64,000 nt of DNA from Deferrisomatales bacterium (lineage in GTDB: Bacteria > Desulfobacterota > Deferrisomatia > Deferrisomatales > JACRMM01), in assembly GCA_033551855.1 (NCBI GenBank), contig JAWSUI010000003.1, forward strand, positions 1 to 64,000, given 5' to 3'. The notes beneath the pieces were generated by a model. It was not told where the DNA came from, searched no databases, and saw nothing but the letters and a program-made list of their open reading frames with translations. The translations under genes and the position numbers were made by a program. Of the stretch, positions 19,522 to 29,686 are shown piece by piece; positions within the stretch are counted from its first letter, which is position 1, and each line of letters begins with the position of its first letter.

Positions 19522-21638
19522 GCGTGCTCCTCCTCGGCCGCAACCCGGCCGTGCCTCGGGCCTCCTGGGACCAGCCCTGTCCCCCGGTGCTGGGCGAGGA
19601 CCTCCCGGGCCGCGGCGGCCACCGCCTCGCCGGTGAACCCGAACCGCTCCCGCAGGTCCTGGAAGGGGCCCGAGGCGCCGAAGTGGTCCATCCCCAGCAC
19701 GCGGCCGTCCAGCCCCACGTACTGGGCCCAGCCCAGGGGTGAGCCCATCTCCACGGCGAGGCGCGCCCGTATCTGGTGGGGAAGCACGGCCTCCCGGTAG
19801 GCGTCCGGCTGCCGGTCGAAGAGCTCCCAGCAGGGCAGGCTCACGACCCGGGAGCGGACGCCTTCGGCGAGCAGCGTCTCGTGGGCCGCCACGCAGAGCC
19901 CCACCTCGCTGCCCGTGGCCAGCAAGATCACCTCGGGCGGCCCGCCCGGGGCGTCCGCCAGGACGTAGCCGCCCCGGCGAAGCCCCGCAGCGGGCGCATA
20001 GCGGTTCCGGTCCAGGGTGGGCAGGGGCTGGCGGGTCAGGATCAGGGCCGCGGGCTCACGCCGGAGCTCCAGGATCATGCGCCAGGCCTCCGCGACCTCG
20101 TTGGCGTCGGCCGGCCTCACCACCAAGAGGCCGGGGACGGCCCGGAGCGACGCCAGGTGCTCCACGGGCTGGTGGGTGGGGCCGTCCTCTCCCACGCCGA
20201 GCGAGTCATGGGTGAAGACGTGGATCGCCGGCAGTGCCATCAGGGCGGACAGGCGAATGGCCGGGCGGGCGTAGTCGCTGAACACAAGAAAGCCCGCGCC
20301 GTAGGCCCGCAGCCCCTCCAGGCACAATCCGTTCACCGCCGCAGCCATGGCGTGCTCGCGCACACCGAAATGGACGTTGCGGCCGCCGGCGTCCTCGGGG
20401 GTGAGGTCTCCCGCTCCTTCGAAGGTGAGGCGGGTCTTGGTGGAGGGCGCGAGGTCCGCCGCTCCCCCCAAGAGCCAGGGCACACGGCGGGCCACGGCGT
20501 TCAATACCTGGCCGGAGGACTCCCGGGTCGCCAGGCCCTTGGCATCCGGGGGAAAGCGGGGAAGGTCCGCGTCCCAGCCCTCGGGCAGCCCCCCGGAGCC
20601 CATCCGGTCCCACTCTCCTGCCAGGTCCGGGAACTGCCGCCGGTACTCGGCGAAATCCGCTTCCCACGTCTCCCGCAGCGCCCGGCCCCGGGCCCCCAGA
20701 CCGGCGCCCAGGTGTGCCCGCGCCTCCTCGGGCACCCGGAACGGGGCCTCCTCAGGCCAGCCGTGGAAGCGCTTGGCGAGCCGCAGCTCCTCTGCGCCCA
20801 GGGGCTCGCCGTGGGCGGCCGCCGTGTCTTGTTTGTGCGGCGCGCCATAGGCGATGTGGCTCTGGACCCGAATCAGGGTGGGGCGTTCCCGGGATTCCTG
20901 GAACGACGCGAAGGCGCTCTCGAGGGCGACCAGGTCCTCCGCATCCTCGACCTCCTCGACGAACCAGCCGTAGGCGCGGAACCGGGCCGCCACGTCCTCG
21001 CTGAAGGCGAGCGAGGTCGGGCCCTCGATGGTGATGCGGTTGCTGTCGTAGATCCAGCAGAGGTTGCCCAGCCGGAGGTGCCCGGCCAGGGACGCCGCCT
21101 CGGCGGAGACCCCCTCCATGAGGCATCCGTCCCCACAGAGGGCGTAGACGTCGTGGCCGAAGAGATCGAAGCCCGGGCGGTCGAAGCGGCGCGCTTTCCA
21201 GCGCGCGGCCAGGGCCATCCCCACGCTGGTGGCGAGCCCCTGGCCCAGGGGGCCGGTGGTGGTCTCGATGCCGGCGGCGAGCTCGTATTCCGGGTGCCCG
21301 GCACAGGGGCTGCCGACCTGGCGGAAGCGCCGGAGGTCCTCGAGGGCCAGTGCGGGCCGGTCCTCGGGCCGGCCCGCCGCGTCCGCGGCCGCGACCCCGC
21401 TCAGGTGGAGCAGCGCATAGAGCAGCGCCGAGGCGTGCCCGGCCGAGAGAACGAAGCGGTCCCGGCCGGGCCACGAGGGCGCCGCAGGATCGTAGCGCAG
21501 CACCCGCTGCCACAAGGCATAGACCACTGGGGCCATGGCCATGGGCGTGCCCGGGTGACCGGACTGCGCCGCCTCCACCATGTCGGCGGCCAGGAAACGC
21601 AGAGTGTTGACGCAGAGCCGGTCGGCGTTCTCGTACAC
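19518..21638 (-). CDS. tkt: Transketolase
   Basis: SGHPG, GDGCLMEG, GEDGPTHQP. Confidence 0.96.
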   Translation of the reverse strand: MYENADRLCVNTLRFLAADMVEAAQSGHPGTPMAMAPVVYALWQRVLRYDPAAPSWPGRDRFVLSAGHASALLYALLHLSGVAAADAAGRPEDRPALALEDLRRFRQVGSPCAGHPEYELAAGIETTTGPLGQGLATSVGMALAARWKARRFDRPGFDLFGHDVYALCGDGCLMEGVSAEAASLAGHLRLGNLCWIYDSNRITIEGPTSLAFSEDVAARFRAYGWFVEEVEDAEDLVALESAFASFQESRERPTLIRVQSHIAYGAPHKQDTAAAHGEPLGAEELRLAKRFHGWPEEAPFRVPEEARAHLGAGLGARGRALRETWEADFAEYRRQFPDLAGEWDRMGSGGLPEGWDADLPRFPPDAKGLATRESSGQVLNAVARRVPWLLGGAADLAPSTKTRLTFEGAGDLTPEDAGGRNVHFGVREHAMAAAVNGLCLEGLRAYGAGFLVFSDYARPAIRLSALMALPAIHVFTHDSLGVGEDGPTHQPVEHLASLRAVPGLLVVRPADANEVAEAWRMILELRREPAALILTRQPLPTLDRNRYAPAAGLRRGGYVLADAPGGPPEVILLATGSEVGLCVAAHETLLAEGVRSRVVSLPCWELFDRQPDAYREAVLPHQIRARLAVEMGSPLGWAQYVGLDGRVLGMDHFGASGPFQDLRERFGFTGEAVAAAAREVLAQHRGTGLVPGGPRHGRVAAEEEHA

Positions 21639-21798
21639 AGGGCATCCTCTCTCGGGTGAGACTTCGGCCGCGGGCACGGGCGGCCGAAACGACCACCCCA
21701 ACCCTTTAGGCTCCGACGACGAGACGCGGTCGGTCGGCGCGGCCGTGGCGCACTGCTCTCGCGGGAAGGCGAGACGGTCGCACCGGGCCAGTCATGGT

Positions 21799-22332
21799 CT
21801 ACCGCGGCACCCCAGCCAGATGCCCCTCGACAACACCGAGCAGCTCGGGTCCCGGCGTGTACCCGGCGTCCCACACGATGCGTCCCTCCGGGTCCACCAG
21901 GAACAGCCGGGGGATGACCGAGACGCCGTAGCTCCGCACGAGGCCGCCCCGGGGGTCGTACAGAATCGCCGGCCGGTACGGCGCTTTCCTCTTCGCCCAG
22001 TACCTCCGGACCGTGCGGCGGTCCTCCCCCAGGTAGATGGCCACCACCTCCACGCCCAGTTCCCTCAGGCCGTCGTCGATCCCGGCCAGCTCTTGGAGCT
22101 CCTGGGCGCAGTTGGGGCACACGGTGGTGCCGAGCTTGAGGAGGACCCACCGGCCCCGCCAGTCCTCGAGCGCCCGGGGCTTGCCCTCCAGGTCGTTGAG
22201 CTCCCAGGAAGGGGCGGGCAATGGCTCGGCGCGGGCCCCGGCTGGAAGGACGGCAAGAACCGCAAAGCACGCAAGAACGGCCAAGTGGGCCGGGAGCAGG
22301 CGGACGGGGCGGGCGAGACCGGGCTTCCCCAT
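21799..22332 (-). CDS. TlpA-like thioredoxin-fold redoxin, exported
   Basis: Signal/TM helix, CPNC motif, [10 protein letters not shown]. Confidence 0.85.
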   Translation of the reverse strand: MGKPGLARPVRLLPAHLAVLACFAVLAVLPAGARAEPLPAPSWELNDLEGKPRALEDWRGRWVLLKLGTTVCPNCAQELQELAGIDDGLRELGVEVVAIYLGEDRRTVRRYWAKRKAPYRPAILYDPRGGLVRSYGVSVIPRLFLVDPEGRIVWDAGYTPGPELLGVVEGHLAGVPR

Positions 22333-22454
22333 GACGTTTCTCCTTGCAGGCCGGCGGGCGTCGTCATTCCCGAAACTTGAGTCGGCTCGGGAGGCCGGTT
22401 CCTTTCACCCGTTCCGTCTGCTCTCGCGCCGGGCGCTCCAGAGCAACCAGCCGC

Positions 22455-22635
22455 CCGCCACCACCAGCGCCGCGCGAACCACCACGCCCCGAGGACCGCC
22501 CCGGCGAGCCCCCCGTGGAAGCTCATCCCCTCCCAAAGGGCGAAGAGGCTCAGGGGGTTTGCGACGAAGTGGAGCAGGTTGCAGAACACCGCGTACCCGA
22601 GCCGGGCTCCCCCGACGACTCCCAGCACCAGCGCT
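22455..22635 (-). pseudogene. Internal fragment of prolipoprotein diacylglyceryl transferase (Lgt)
   Basis: GARLGY and GMSFHGG Lgt motifs, but only about 60 codons. Confidence 0.75.
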
Positions 22636-22689
22636 CCCAGTGGGGCCTCGGCGTCTTCGGGTGCCAGGGGCAGCCGCCCGCGGCGGGCC

Positions 22690-22969
22690 GCCCGTTGAAC
22701 CGCTCGAACTCCCGCTTGATGTCCAGGACCGGATTCAGATCCTGCTCGTGGGGCAGCCGGATGTTGAGCCCGATGGAGTGGCCGCCCGTTCGTCCCGCTG
22801 CCTTGAAGCCGGCGTTGGCCGCCTGCATGAGGCCGGGCCCGCCCCCGGTTACCTCGTCAAAGCCGAGCTCGGCCGGCCCCCGGGCGATCCGGAAGACGTC
22901 CCGGTACTCGGAGTGTTCCTCCCCCAGGCCTGCCGAACCGAAGACGGCCACCCGGTAGTGTGGGTCCAC
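22690..22969 (-). pseudogene. N-terminal fragment of a LOG-family protein
   Basis: [31 protein letters not shown]-terminal half with PGGxGT missing. Confidence 0.75.
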
Positions 22970-23064
22970 GCGCCGGTTTCCTTTCTCCGGGCGCATCCCG
23001 CGCCGGAGGGAGGCCTTCTGGCAAGCGGTACTGCCCCAACCTGCCGCGGCACCGCCCGGTGTCC

Positions 23065-23080
23065 AGTAGCTTGGGCTACA
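23065..23080. promoter_or_regulatory. Crp/Fnr (NtcA-like) box
   Basis: AGTAGC-TTGG-GCTACA, intergenic, one mismatch to the other boxes. Confidence 0.55.
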
Positions 23081-23122
23081 CGGTAGCGCTTTTTCCCGGG
23101 CCGCGGGCATCGTACCCGCCAG

Positions 23123-23986
23123 CTACCCCGGGCCCTCCCCCCCGGCCTCGGGCGCCGGGAGGTGCCGGTACCGGCATCCCCGAAACGGGCACGGCGCGCC
23201 GCCCCTCGGATGGCGGAGCTTGCCGCACAAGGGAGAAGGGTTCCGGCCCAGGAGCCGCCCGAGGAACCGGTACACTGCCGCTCCCGCCGCGCCGCCGGCC
23301 AGGGGTACGACGAGGTAGAACGGGTACTGGCCGAAATCGCCCATGACCAGGGCCGGCCCAAAGCTGCGCGCTGGATTGAGGCTCGTGCCGGTGAGGGGCG
23401 CCTCGAGGAAGACGAAGGCCGCCACCAGCAGCCCCGCTGCTGCCCCGGTGAACGGGGCGGTCTTTCGGGTGGAGAGCAGGGTCAGGATCAGCAGCACCAG
23501 GGCCGCGGTCATGCCGAGCTCCAGGGCCGCGGCCTCTGCGAGGGAGAGCCCGCTTCGGATCTCGGTCATGCCGGCACGCGCCGAGATCGCAAGCCCTCTC
23601 CACGCCAGGACCACGGCCGCGGCTGCGAGGGAGGCCCCCAGGAATTGGACTCCTACGTAGCCAAGCCCGGCCCTCCAGGGGATCTTCCCCTCCAGGAGGA
23701 ACGCCAGGGTCACCGCGGGGTTCAGGTGGGCGCCGCTGCGCCGGCCGAGGGGCGAGTAGACCACCGCCGTCCCGGTTCCGGCGAAGAGCACCGCCGTGAG
23801 CAGGAGGCGCAGGCGAGCCGAGGGAAGGGCCTCCACGATCGGCGAGCCCGCGCCGAAGTTGAGGGAGACAGCGGACAGGCCGCCAAAGAGCAGGATCGCC
23901 GTGCCCGCGAGCTCCGCCCCATACTCGCGCCAGGTGAACGCGGTCCCAGTCGCGGACCCCGCCCTGTCTTTCGGCCGGCCGGTCAT
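23123..23986 (-). CDS. MIP/aquaporin family channel with Cys/His tail
   Basis: SGAHLNPAVT and SLNPARSFGPA; tail LCGKLRH...CPFRGC. Confidence 0.92.
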   Translation of the reverse strand: MTGRPKDRAGSATGTAFTWREYGAELAGTAILLFGGLSAVSLNFGAGSPIVEALPSARLRLLLTAVLFAGTGTAVVYSPLGRRSGAHLNPAVTLAFLLEGKIPWRAGLGYVGVQFLGASLAAAAVVLAWRGLAISARAGMTEIRSGLSLAEAAALELGMTAALVLLILTLLSTRKTAPFTGAAAGLLVAAFVFLEAPLTGTSLNPARSFGPALVMGDFGQYPFYLVVPLAGGAAGAAVYRFLGRLLGRNPSPLCGKLRHPRGGAPCPFRGCRYRHLPAPEAGGEGPG

Positions 23987-25206
23987 CGAAGAGACGTCGC
24001 TCTGCCGAACGCGACACCGGGTTCCTTGTTCCTCTCTCGGAGCCAGTTGCGGACCATGAAGGCGGCCACCGTGCCCTCGCCCACGGCCGCCGCCACCTGT
24101 TTCGAGCTCCCGGCGCGCACGTCGCCCGCCGCGAAGATCCCCGGAACGGAGGTGGCCAGGGTGCAGGAGTCGGTGGCCACGAACCCCTGGGGATCCAGGG
24201 TGAGGAGACCTTCGAGGAAGCCTGTGTTGGGCACGAGCCCGATGAACACGAAGACGCCGTCGCACGGGATGGTCCGGCGCTGACCCAGTGTCTGGTCCTC
24301 CACCTCCGCCCCGTCCACGCCGTTCTCGCCGAGCACCCGGGTCACCCGGTGGGAGAGGAGGATCTCCACGTTGGGCAGGGAGCGCACCCGGTCCACCAGG
24401 ACCTTGGAGGCCGTGAGGCGGTCCAGGACCTGCACCAGGGTGATGTGCGAGGCGAACCCGGCCAAGTGGACGGTCTCCTGGAGGGCCGAGTTGCCGCCCC
24501 CCGCTACCACGATCGGCCTGCCCTTGAAGAAGGGGGCGTCGCACGTAGCGCAGAAGCTCACTCCCCGGCCCACGAGGGCATCCTCACCGGGAACGCCGAG
24601 CCGGCGGTACACCGAACCGGCCGCCACGACCACGCTCCGGGCGGCCAAGGAAGCGTCTGCCGTGCGCACCCGGAAGAGTGGGCCCGACGCGACGATCTCC
24701 GTCACTTCCTGGGAAGTCCGGATCTCGGCGCCGGACGCCTCGGCCTGCCGGTGCATCCGCTCCGTCAGGTCGGCCCCGGCCACGCCCTCGGGAAACCCCG
24801 GGTAGTTGTCGATCCGGCCGGTCACGGCCGCCTGCCCGCCGGGGAGGCCCTTTTCCAGAACTACGGTGCGCAGCCCCTCCCGCGCCGTGTAGATGGCGCC
24901 GGTCAGCCCCGCCGGCCCCGCGCCCACGAAGGCCACGTCGTAGGCGTCCAGGCCCTCCGGGACGGCCACCCCCAAGGCCTTCGCGAGGGTCTCGTCGTCG
25001 GGGTTCAGCAGGAAGTCCTTGCCCACCTGCACCGCCGGTACGTCCAGAGACCCTCCCGTACGTGCTGCGAGCCGCTCGGCGGCGGCCGGGTCCTCTCCCG
25101 GGTCCACCTCCCGAAACGGCACGCCGGACGCCTCCAGGAAGAGCCGCACCCGGCGGCACCGGTCGCACCAGGGGACGGCGTAAAGCAGGACTTCTGCGGT
25201 CGTCAC
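23983..25206 (-). CDS. trxB: Glutaredoxin-domain / thioredoxin reductase fusion
   Basis: N-terminal WCDRC Grx fold; GAGPAG, CATCD, GGGNSA, GDV. Confidence 0.9.
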   Translation of the reverse strand: MTTAEVLLYAVPWCDRCRRVRLFLEASGVPFREVDPGEDPAAAERLAARTGGSLDVPAVQVGKDFLLNPDDETLAKALGVAVPEGLDAYDVAFVGAGPAGLTGAIYTAREGLRTVVLEKGLPGGQAAVTGRIDNYPGFPEGVAGADLTERMHRQAEASGAEIRTSQEVTEIVASGPLFRVRTADASLAARSVVVAAGSVYRRLGVPGEDALVGRGVSFCATCDAPFFKGRPIVVAGGGNSALQETVHLAGFASHITLVQVLDRLTASKVLVDRVRSLPNVEILLSHRVTRVLGENGVDGAEVEDQTLGQRRTIPCDGVFVFIGLVPNTGFLEGLLTLDPQGFVATDSCTLATSVPGIFAAGDVRAGSSKQVAAAVGEGTVAAFMVRNWLRERNKEPGVAFGRATSLR

Positions 25207-25219
25207 GACAATCCTCCCT

Positions 25220-25930
25220 TCATACCTTCTTCGCCAGCGCCGCCCGGGCGATGCGGGTCACGTACACGGTCACGGCCACCGTGGCCAGCAGGCCCACCCC
25301 GTAGAGGGCCCACTCCCCGGCGGAGCGGGTGTGCTCCCCGGCCCCCAGGCGGGCCAGGTCGCCGGCCAGGGAGCCCAGGTACACGTACATCACCGTGCCC
25401 GGGAGCATGCCGATCCAAGAGGCGAAGAAGTAGTCCCGCAGCGACACCCGGGTGAGCCCGTAGGCGTAGTTCAAGAGGTTGAACGGGAAGACCGGCGAGA
25501 GGCGGGTGAGCCCTACGATCTTCCACCCCTCCCGAGCCACCGCCTCGTCCACGGCCTTGAATTTCGCGTTGCCCTCGATCTTGCGCGCCACCCAGTCCCG
25601 GGCGAGGTAGCGCCCCACCAGGAAGGCGGCCGTGGCCCCCAGGGTGGAGGCCACCGAGACCAGCACCGACCCCTTGACCACCCCGAAGACCACCCCCGCC
25701 CCCAGGGTGAGGATGGACCCGGGGATGAAGAAGACGCAGGCGGCGATATACACGGCGACGAAGACGGCCGCGCCCGCCGCCCCCAAGCCGTCGATCCACC
25801 CCAGGGCGCTGCGCAGGAGCTCCTGCACGTCGAAGTACACCGCCGCCGCCACTGCGGCGACCGCCGCGACCGCGGCCAGGACGATCTTGAATTTGGGTGA
25901 TCCACCCGCCGTCTTCGCTGTCTCGCTCAC
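25220..25930 (-). CDS. TVP38/TMEM64 (DedA-like) membrane protein
   Basis: PGSILTLGAG, RLSPVFPFNLLNYAYG. Confidence 0.92.
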   Translation of the reverse strand: MSETAKTAGGSPKFKIVLAAVAAVAAVAAAVYFDVQELLRSALGWIDGLGAAGAAVFVAVYIAACVFFIPGSILTLGAGVVFGVVKGSVLVSVASTLGATAAFLVGRYLARDWVARKIEGNAKFKAVDEAVAREGWKIVGLTRLSPVFPFNLLNYAYGLTRVSLRDYFFASWIGMLPGTVMYVYLGSLAGDLARLGAGEHTRSAGEWALYGVGLLATVAVTVYVTRIARAALAKKV

Positions 25931-28020
25931 GAGACCCCCTTCCTTCCCTGTCTCTTCGGATCTTTGGCCCGCTCGAGCTTCCGCCAGGCCTCCAGGGTGC
26001 AGGCCACCGACCAGGCTTGGGCCGGACAGCCCCGGGGCTCGTGGGGCGGGTCCCCGTCGAAGATCTCGCTGACGGTGCCGAGCCCCGCGTCCGCCAGGTG
26101 CAGGCCCAGGGGCTCCAGGAGCCGCTGGGCCGCCGCGGCATTCCCCGTCACCCGGTGCTCGGCCAGGGCGTAATGCCCCAGGAGCCAGGCCCAGACCGTG
26201 CCTTGGTGATAGACGCTGTCCCGCTCCCACACGCCTCCCCGGTACCGGCCCCGGTACTCGGGGTGCCCGAGCGCCAGGGAGCGCAGACCGAAGGAGGTGA
26301 GCAGGTGCCGGCGGCACAGGGCGACCACGGCGCTCTGGTCTTCTGGAGACAGAGGGCTCGCGGGCAGGCTCACCGCCAGGAGCTGGTTTGGCCGCAGGCT
26401 CGCGTCCGTTCTCCCGGGGCCGTCGAGCACGTCGAGGAGCCCGCCCGAATCCGGATCGCGAAACCGCCGGAACCCCTCGCGGATGCGCTCGGCCCGCTCC
26501 CGCCAAGCGCCGTCGGGCTGGCCGAGTCGCCGGGCCAACTCGGAGGCGGCGCGGTGCGCGTTGTACCAGAGGGCATTGACCTCCACGGGCTTCCCGATTC
26601 GGGGGGTGATCACCCGGTCTCCCACCTTCGCGTCCATCCAGGTGAGCTGGACCCCGGGCTCCCCGGCGAGGAGCAGGCCGTCCGCCGGGTCCTCCCGGAT
26701 GCCGAACCGGGTGCCGCCTCGATACGTCTCGAGGATTTCCGCGAGGAGGGGGAACACGGCCCTAGTGGCGTCCAGGTCCCCCGTCTCTTCCGCGTAGGCG
26801 CGCCACGCCTCCACGAACCAGAGGGCCGCGTCCACCGTGTTGTACTCCGCCTCTTGTCCGGCGCCGGGGAAGACGTTGGGGAGCATGCCGCGGTCCACGA
26901 ACCCGGCGAAGGTCTCCAGGATGCGGCGGCCCTCCTCGTAACGGCCGGTGGCCAGGCAGAGGCCGGGAAGCGCGATCATGGTGTCCCGGCCCCAGTCGCC
27001 GAACCAGGGGTAGCCGGCGATTACCGAGAGTCTTGGCGAAAGCCCCGGCGAGAACCCCGGGGCCTCTCCCTGCCGCTCGAAGAGAAAGCTGTCGGCGGCC
27101 AGGACCAGCCGCTGCACCCATTCCGGGGCTTCCTCCATCTCGGGCAAGGTGCGGACCGCCCGCGCCACCACGTCTGCGTCGGCTGCCCGGCACCGCGCCA
27201 GGGCTTCCTCCAGGGACGGGCACGGCGCCTCGTCCAGGCGCAGGGCCAGCCCGGTCCAAACCCCCGGAGTGAGGTCCAGCGCGGCGATGCCGGCGCACAG
27301 GTGGTTGTCGCGGTGGGGGAGGCCCCGCTCCCGCTCCGCCGGGAGGTCGAACCCCTCGATCCAGTCGCGGCACGGCTCCACGGTGCCCCCCAAGGGAATT
27401 ACCCGCAGGGCCTGGGTCCCCAGCCGGATCCGCAGTCCGGGTCCTTCCCGGTCGGCTTCCGGTGCGCCGGGCTCGGGCGCGGCTTCGCCGTGGTGGTCGC
27501 GGTCGTTCACCAGGATCCGCACGAGGAGCCGCGCCCGCCGGACGGCGGGAGCCGGCTCTGCCAACCGCCAGGCGAGCCAGGTGGCGTGTGCGCCCTTCTC
27601 CATCCAGATCCGGGCCTCGACCCGGAAGCCCCCCAGGGCGTACCGCCACACGGGCGTGCGGCGCTCCAGGCGAAACGACTCGAGGTGAAGAAATCCCTGG
27701 GGGTTCACGGACCCGCCGGCCCACCGGTTGGTGTGGAGGGCCCACTCCTGCTCCCCGTCGCCCTGGTCCACCAGGAGAACCGCATCCGCCTTGGCCGCCA
27801 GCAGGCGCCGCCCCAGAGGGGGATCCACGGGGGCGATCAGGAGCCCGTGGTAGCGCCGCGTCAAGGTGCCGGCCACGGTGCCGGCGGCGTACCCGCCGAG
27901 GCCGTCGGCGAGCCACCACTCCCGGCGCTCGGCCTCCTCGAGCCGACCGCACCCCTCCCGCCCGAACGCGATCTCGACACCCCGCTCCAGGCCGCCCCCG
28001 GGCCCCGCTGCGTCCCTCAC
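25927..28020 (-). CDS. Amylo-alpha-1,6-glucosidase (glycogen debranching enzyme family)
   Basis: EWWLADGLGGYA, AGYPWFGDWGRDT, TWMDAK, YHQGTVW, QAWSVA. Confidence 0.92.
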   Translation of the reverse strand: MRDAAGPGGGLERGVEIAFGREGCGRLEEAERREWWLADGLGGYAAGTVAGTLTRRYHGLLIAPVDPPLGRRLLAAKADAVLLVDQGDGEQEWALHTNRWAGGSVNPQGFLHLESFRLERRTPVWRYALGGFRVEARIWMEKGAHATWLAWRLAEPAPAVRRARLLVRILVNDRDHHGEAAPEPGAPEADREGPGLRIRLGTQALRVIPLGGTVEPCRDWIEGFDLPAERERGLPHRDNHLCAGIAALDLTPGVWTGLALRLDEAPCPSLEEALARCRAADADVVARAVRTLPEMEEAPEWVQRLVLAADSFLFERQGEAPGFSPGLSPRLSVIAGYPWFGDWGRDTMIALPGLCLATGRYEEGRRILETFAGFVDRGMLPNVFPGAGQEAEYNTVDAALWFVEAWRAYAEETGDLDATRAVFPLLAEILETYRGGTRFGIREDPADGLLLAGEPGVQLTWMDAKVGDRVITPRIGKPVEVNALWYNAHRAASELARRLGQPDGAWRERAERIREGFRRFRDPDSGGLLDVLDGPGRTDASLRPNQLLAVSLPASPLSPEDQSAVVALCRRHLLTSFGLRSLALGHPEYRGRYRGGVWERDSVYHQGTVWAWLLGHYALAEHRVTGNAAAAQRLLEPLGLHLADAGLGTVSEIFDGDPPHEPRGCPAQAWSVACTLEAWRKLERAKDPKRQGRKGVS

Positions 28021-28736
28021 ACCGTCGCCTGTTCCCGCACGAGGATGGCCTTGCCCTCCACCTGGATCTTTCCCGCATCCCGCAGGCGCCCCAGGGCCCG
28101 GGTGACGCTCACCCGGTGGGCCCCCACCAGGAAACCGATCTCCTCGTGGGAGAGGGGGAACTCGATGACCCACCCCTTGGGGCCCGGCTGACCCACCTGG
28201 CGCGCCACGTTGACCAGGGCCTGGTACATCCGGTCCTCCAGGTGGGGCTCGGTGAGGGCGCCCACCCGGCCGGTGAGCCACTGGATGCGCCGGGAGAGGT
28301 TGCGGATGAGCGCCAGACCCACCGTGGGGTGCTCGAGGACCACGCTTTCGAGCACTCCCCGCGTGAACCCGCAGGTGATCGTCGGCTCCAGGCAGGTCCC
28401 GGTCACCGGAAACTCCGACTCCTCGAGAAAACAGGACTCGCCCAGCAGGTCCCCCGGCCGGCGCACGTCCAGGGTGAGCGCCCGGCCGTCCTCGGTGATC
28501 TTCGAGAGCTTCACCGCGCCGGCCTTGAGCAGGTACATGTGGTCGCCGGGGTCACCCTCTCGAAAGAGGATCGTCCCGGCGTCGTGCCGCCGCCGGTGCA
28601 GGCGGGGCCCCAGCGCGGCCCGGTCGGCGTCGCTCAAACCCTCGAAGAGCCAGAGCTGGCCGATGCATCCGGCGTGGCCGGCGACCTCGTCACCGAAGGT
28701 CTGCCGACAGAGGCAGGAGGGAGTCGTCTCTGACAT
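28017..28736 (-). CDS. Crp/Fnr family regulator with N-terminal Cys cluster
   Basis: cNMP-fold plus HTH LSHEEIGFLVGAHRVSVTRAL; N-terminal CLC...C. Confidence 0.92.
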   Translation of the reverse strand: MSETTPSCLCRQTFGDEVAGHAGCIGQLWLFEGLSDADRAALGPRLHRRRHDAGTILFREGDPGDHMYLLKAGAVKLSKITEDGRALTLDVRRPGDLLGESCFLEESEFPVTGTCLEPTITCGFTRGVLESVVLEHPTVGLALIRNLSRRIQWLTGRVGALTEPHLEDRMYQALVNVARQVGQPGPKGWVIEFPLSHEEIGFLVGAHRVSVTRALGRLRDAGKIQVEGKAILVREQATV

Positions 28737-28867
28737 GGATTGCTCCGTGCGAAGGAAGGGATCGAAGGCGATCACCCGCCGATCCAAGGGGGCCGTAGCG
28801 CAGGCCGCAAGGCAAAGCCCCCCGCCCCCGCCTGGCTGGGAGCCGCCGTGACAGCGAACGGGGGCTC

Positions 28868-29686
28868 CTACTCGTTCAGGCTCCAGTCGTACTCGTACGA
28901 AATCCTGCCCCGAAATCCCCGCAGGGCCTCGGCCAGCGGGCCTTCGGCATAGACTCTGAGGTGCTCCAGCACTCCAGCCTCCGAACCGCCGAAGTCCACC
29001 TGGAACCAGTTGTAGATGCTCGAAGCGATGAGCCGGCCGCCTTCCACGCGGGCTCCCCGGGGGTGGTTGACGTGCTCCCGGGCGCCGAGCTCCAGCAGCC
29101 GTTCGGTGTTCTCGGCGATGAAGGCCTCGGGCTGGAGGTTGGGGCAGCCGATGCTGGCGCAGTTGACAGCGTAGTGGATGCGGTTGTCCCGAAAGATGGG
29201 GCGCAGGATGCGGTGCTCCATGTCGTTGAGGGTGAGCTGCTCGCCCTCAACGGTGACGAGCTTCAAGTCCCAGGGCCCCGGGTTGAACCAGCCGGACTTG
29301 ATGTCGCGGATGCTCTTCACCGGGTAGTGGTCGAGGATGACCTTCACCGTGAGGGCGTTGTAGAAGTTAATCCAGTAGGCCATCTGCTCGGGCCGCGCGA
29401 GGCTCGAGACCGGGGCAGCCTCCAGGGAGGCGACGTAGCGGTCCAGGGCGGCCTTGTCCTCGGCGGTCACCTGGGCGTAACGCACCCGGTTCACCCCCGA
29501 GGGGTGGTTCGTGACCAGGTACTTGGCCAGGAGCTCCTCCCAGGGCCGGTGGTCCACGCGAACCGTGCTCGCCGGGTCGTGGGCCTCCCATCGAGGCCAG
29601 AGGTCGGGCTTGGGTGCTGCGAAGGCTGTCCCGGCCGCCGCGACAACCGCGGCGGCGATTCCGATTGCGCGAATTCCCGAAGTCAT
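28868..29686 (-). CDS. DUF547 domain exported protein
   Basis: Signal peptide, AYWINFYNA, RIHYAVNCASIGCP, YDWSLN. Confidence 0.9.
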   Translation of the reverse strand: MTSGIRAIGIAAAVVAAAGTAFAAPKPDLWPRWEAHDPASTVRVDHRPWEELLAKYLVTNHPSGVNRVRYAQVTAEDKAALDRYVASLEAAPVSSLARPEQMAYWINFYNALTVKVILDHYPVKSIRDIKSGWFNPGPWDLKLVTVEGEQLTLNDMEHRILRPIFRDNRIHYAVNCASIGCPNLQPEAFIAENTERLLELGAREHVNHPRGARVEGGRLIASSIYNWFQVDFGGSEAGVLEHLRVYAEGPLAEALRGFRGRISYEYDWSLNE

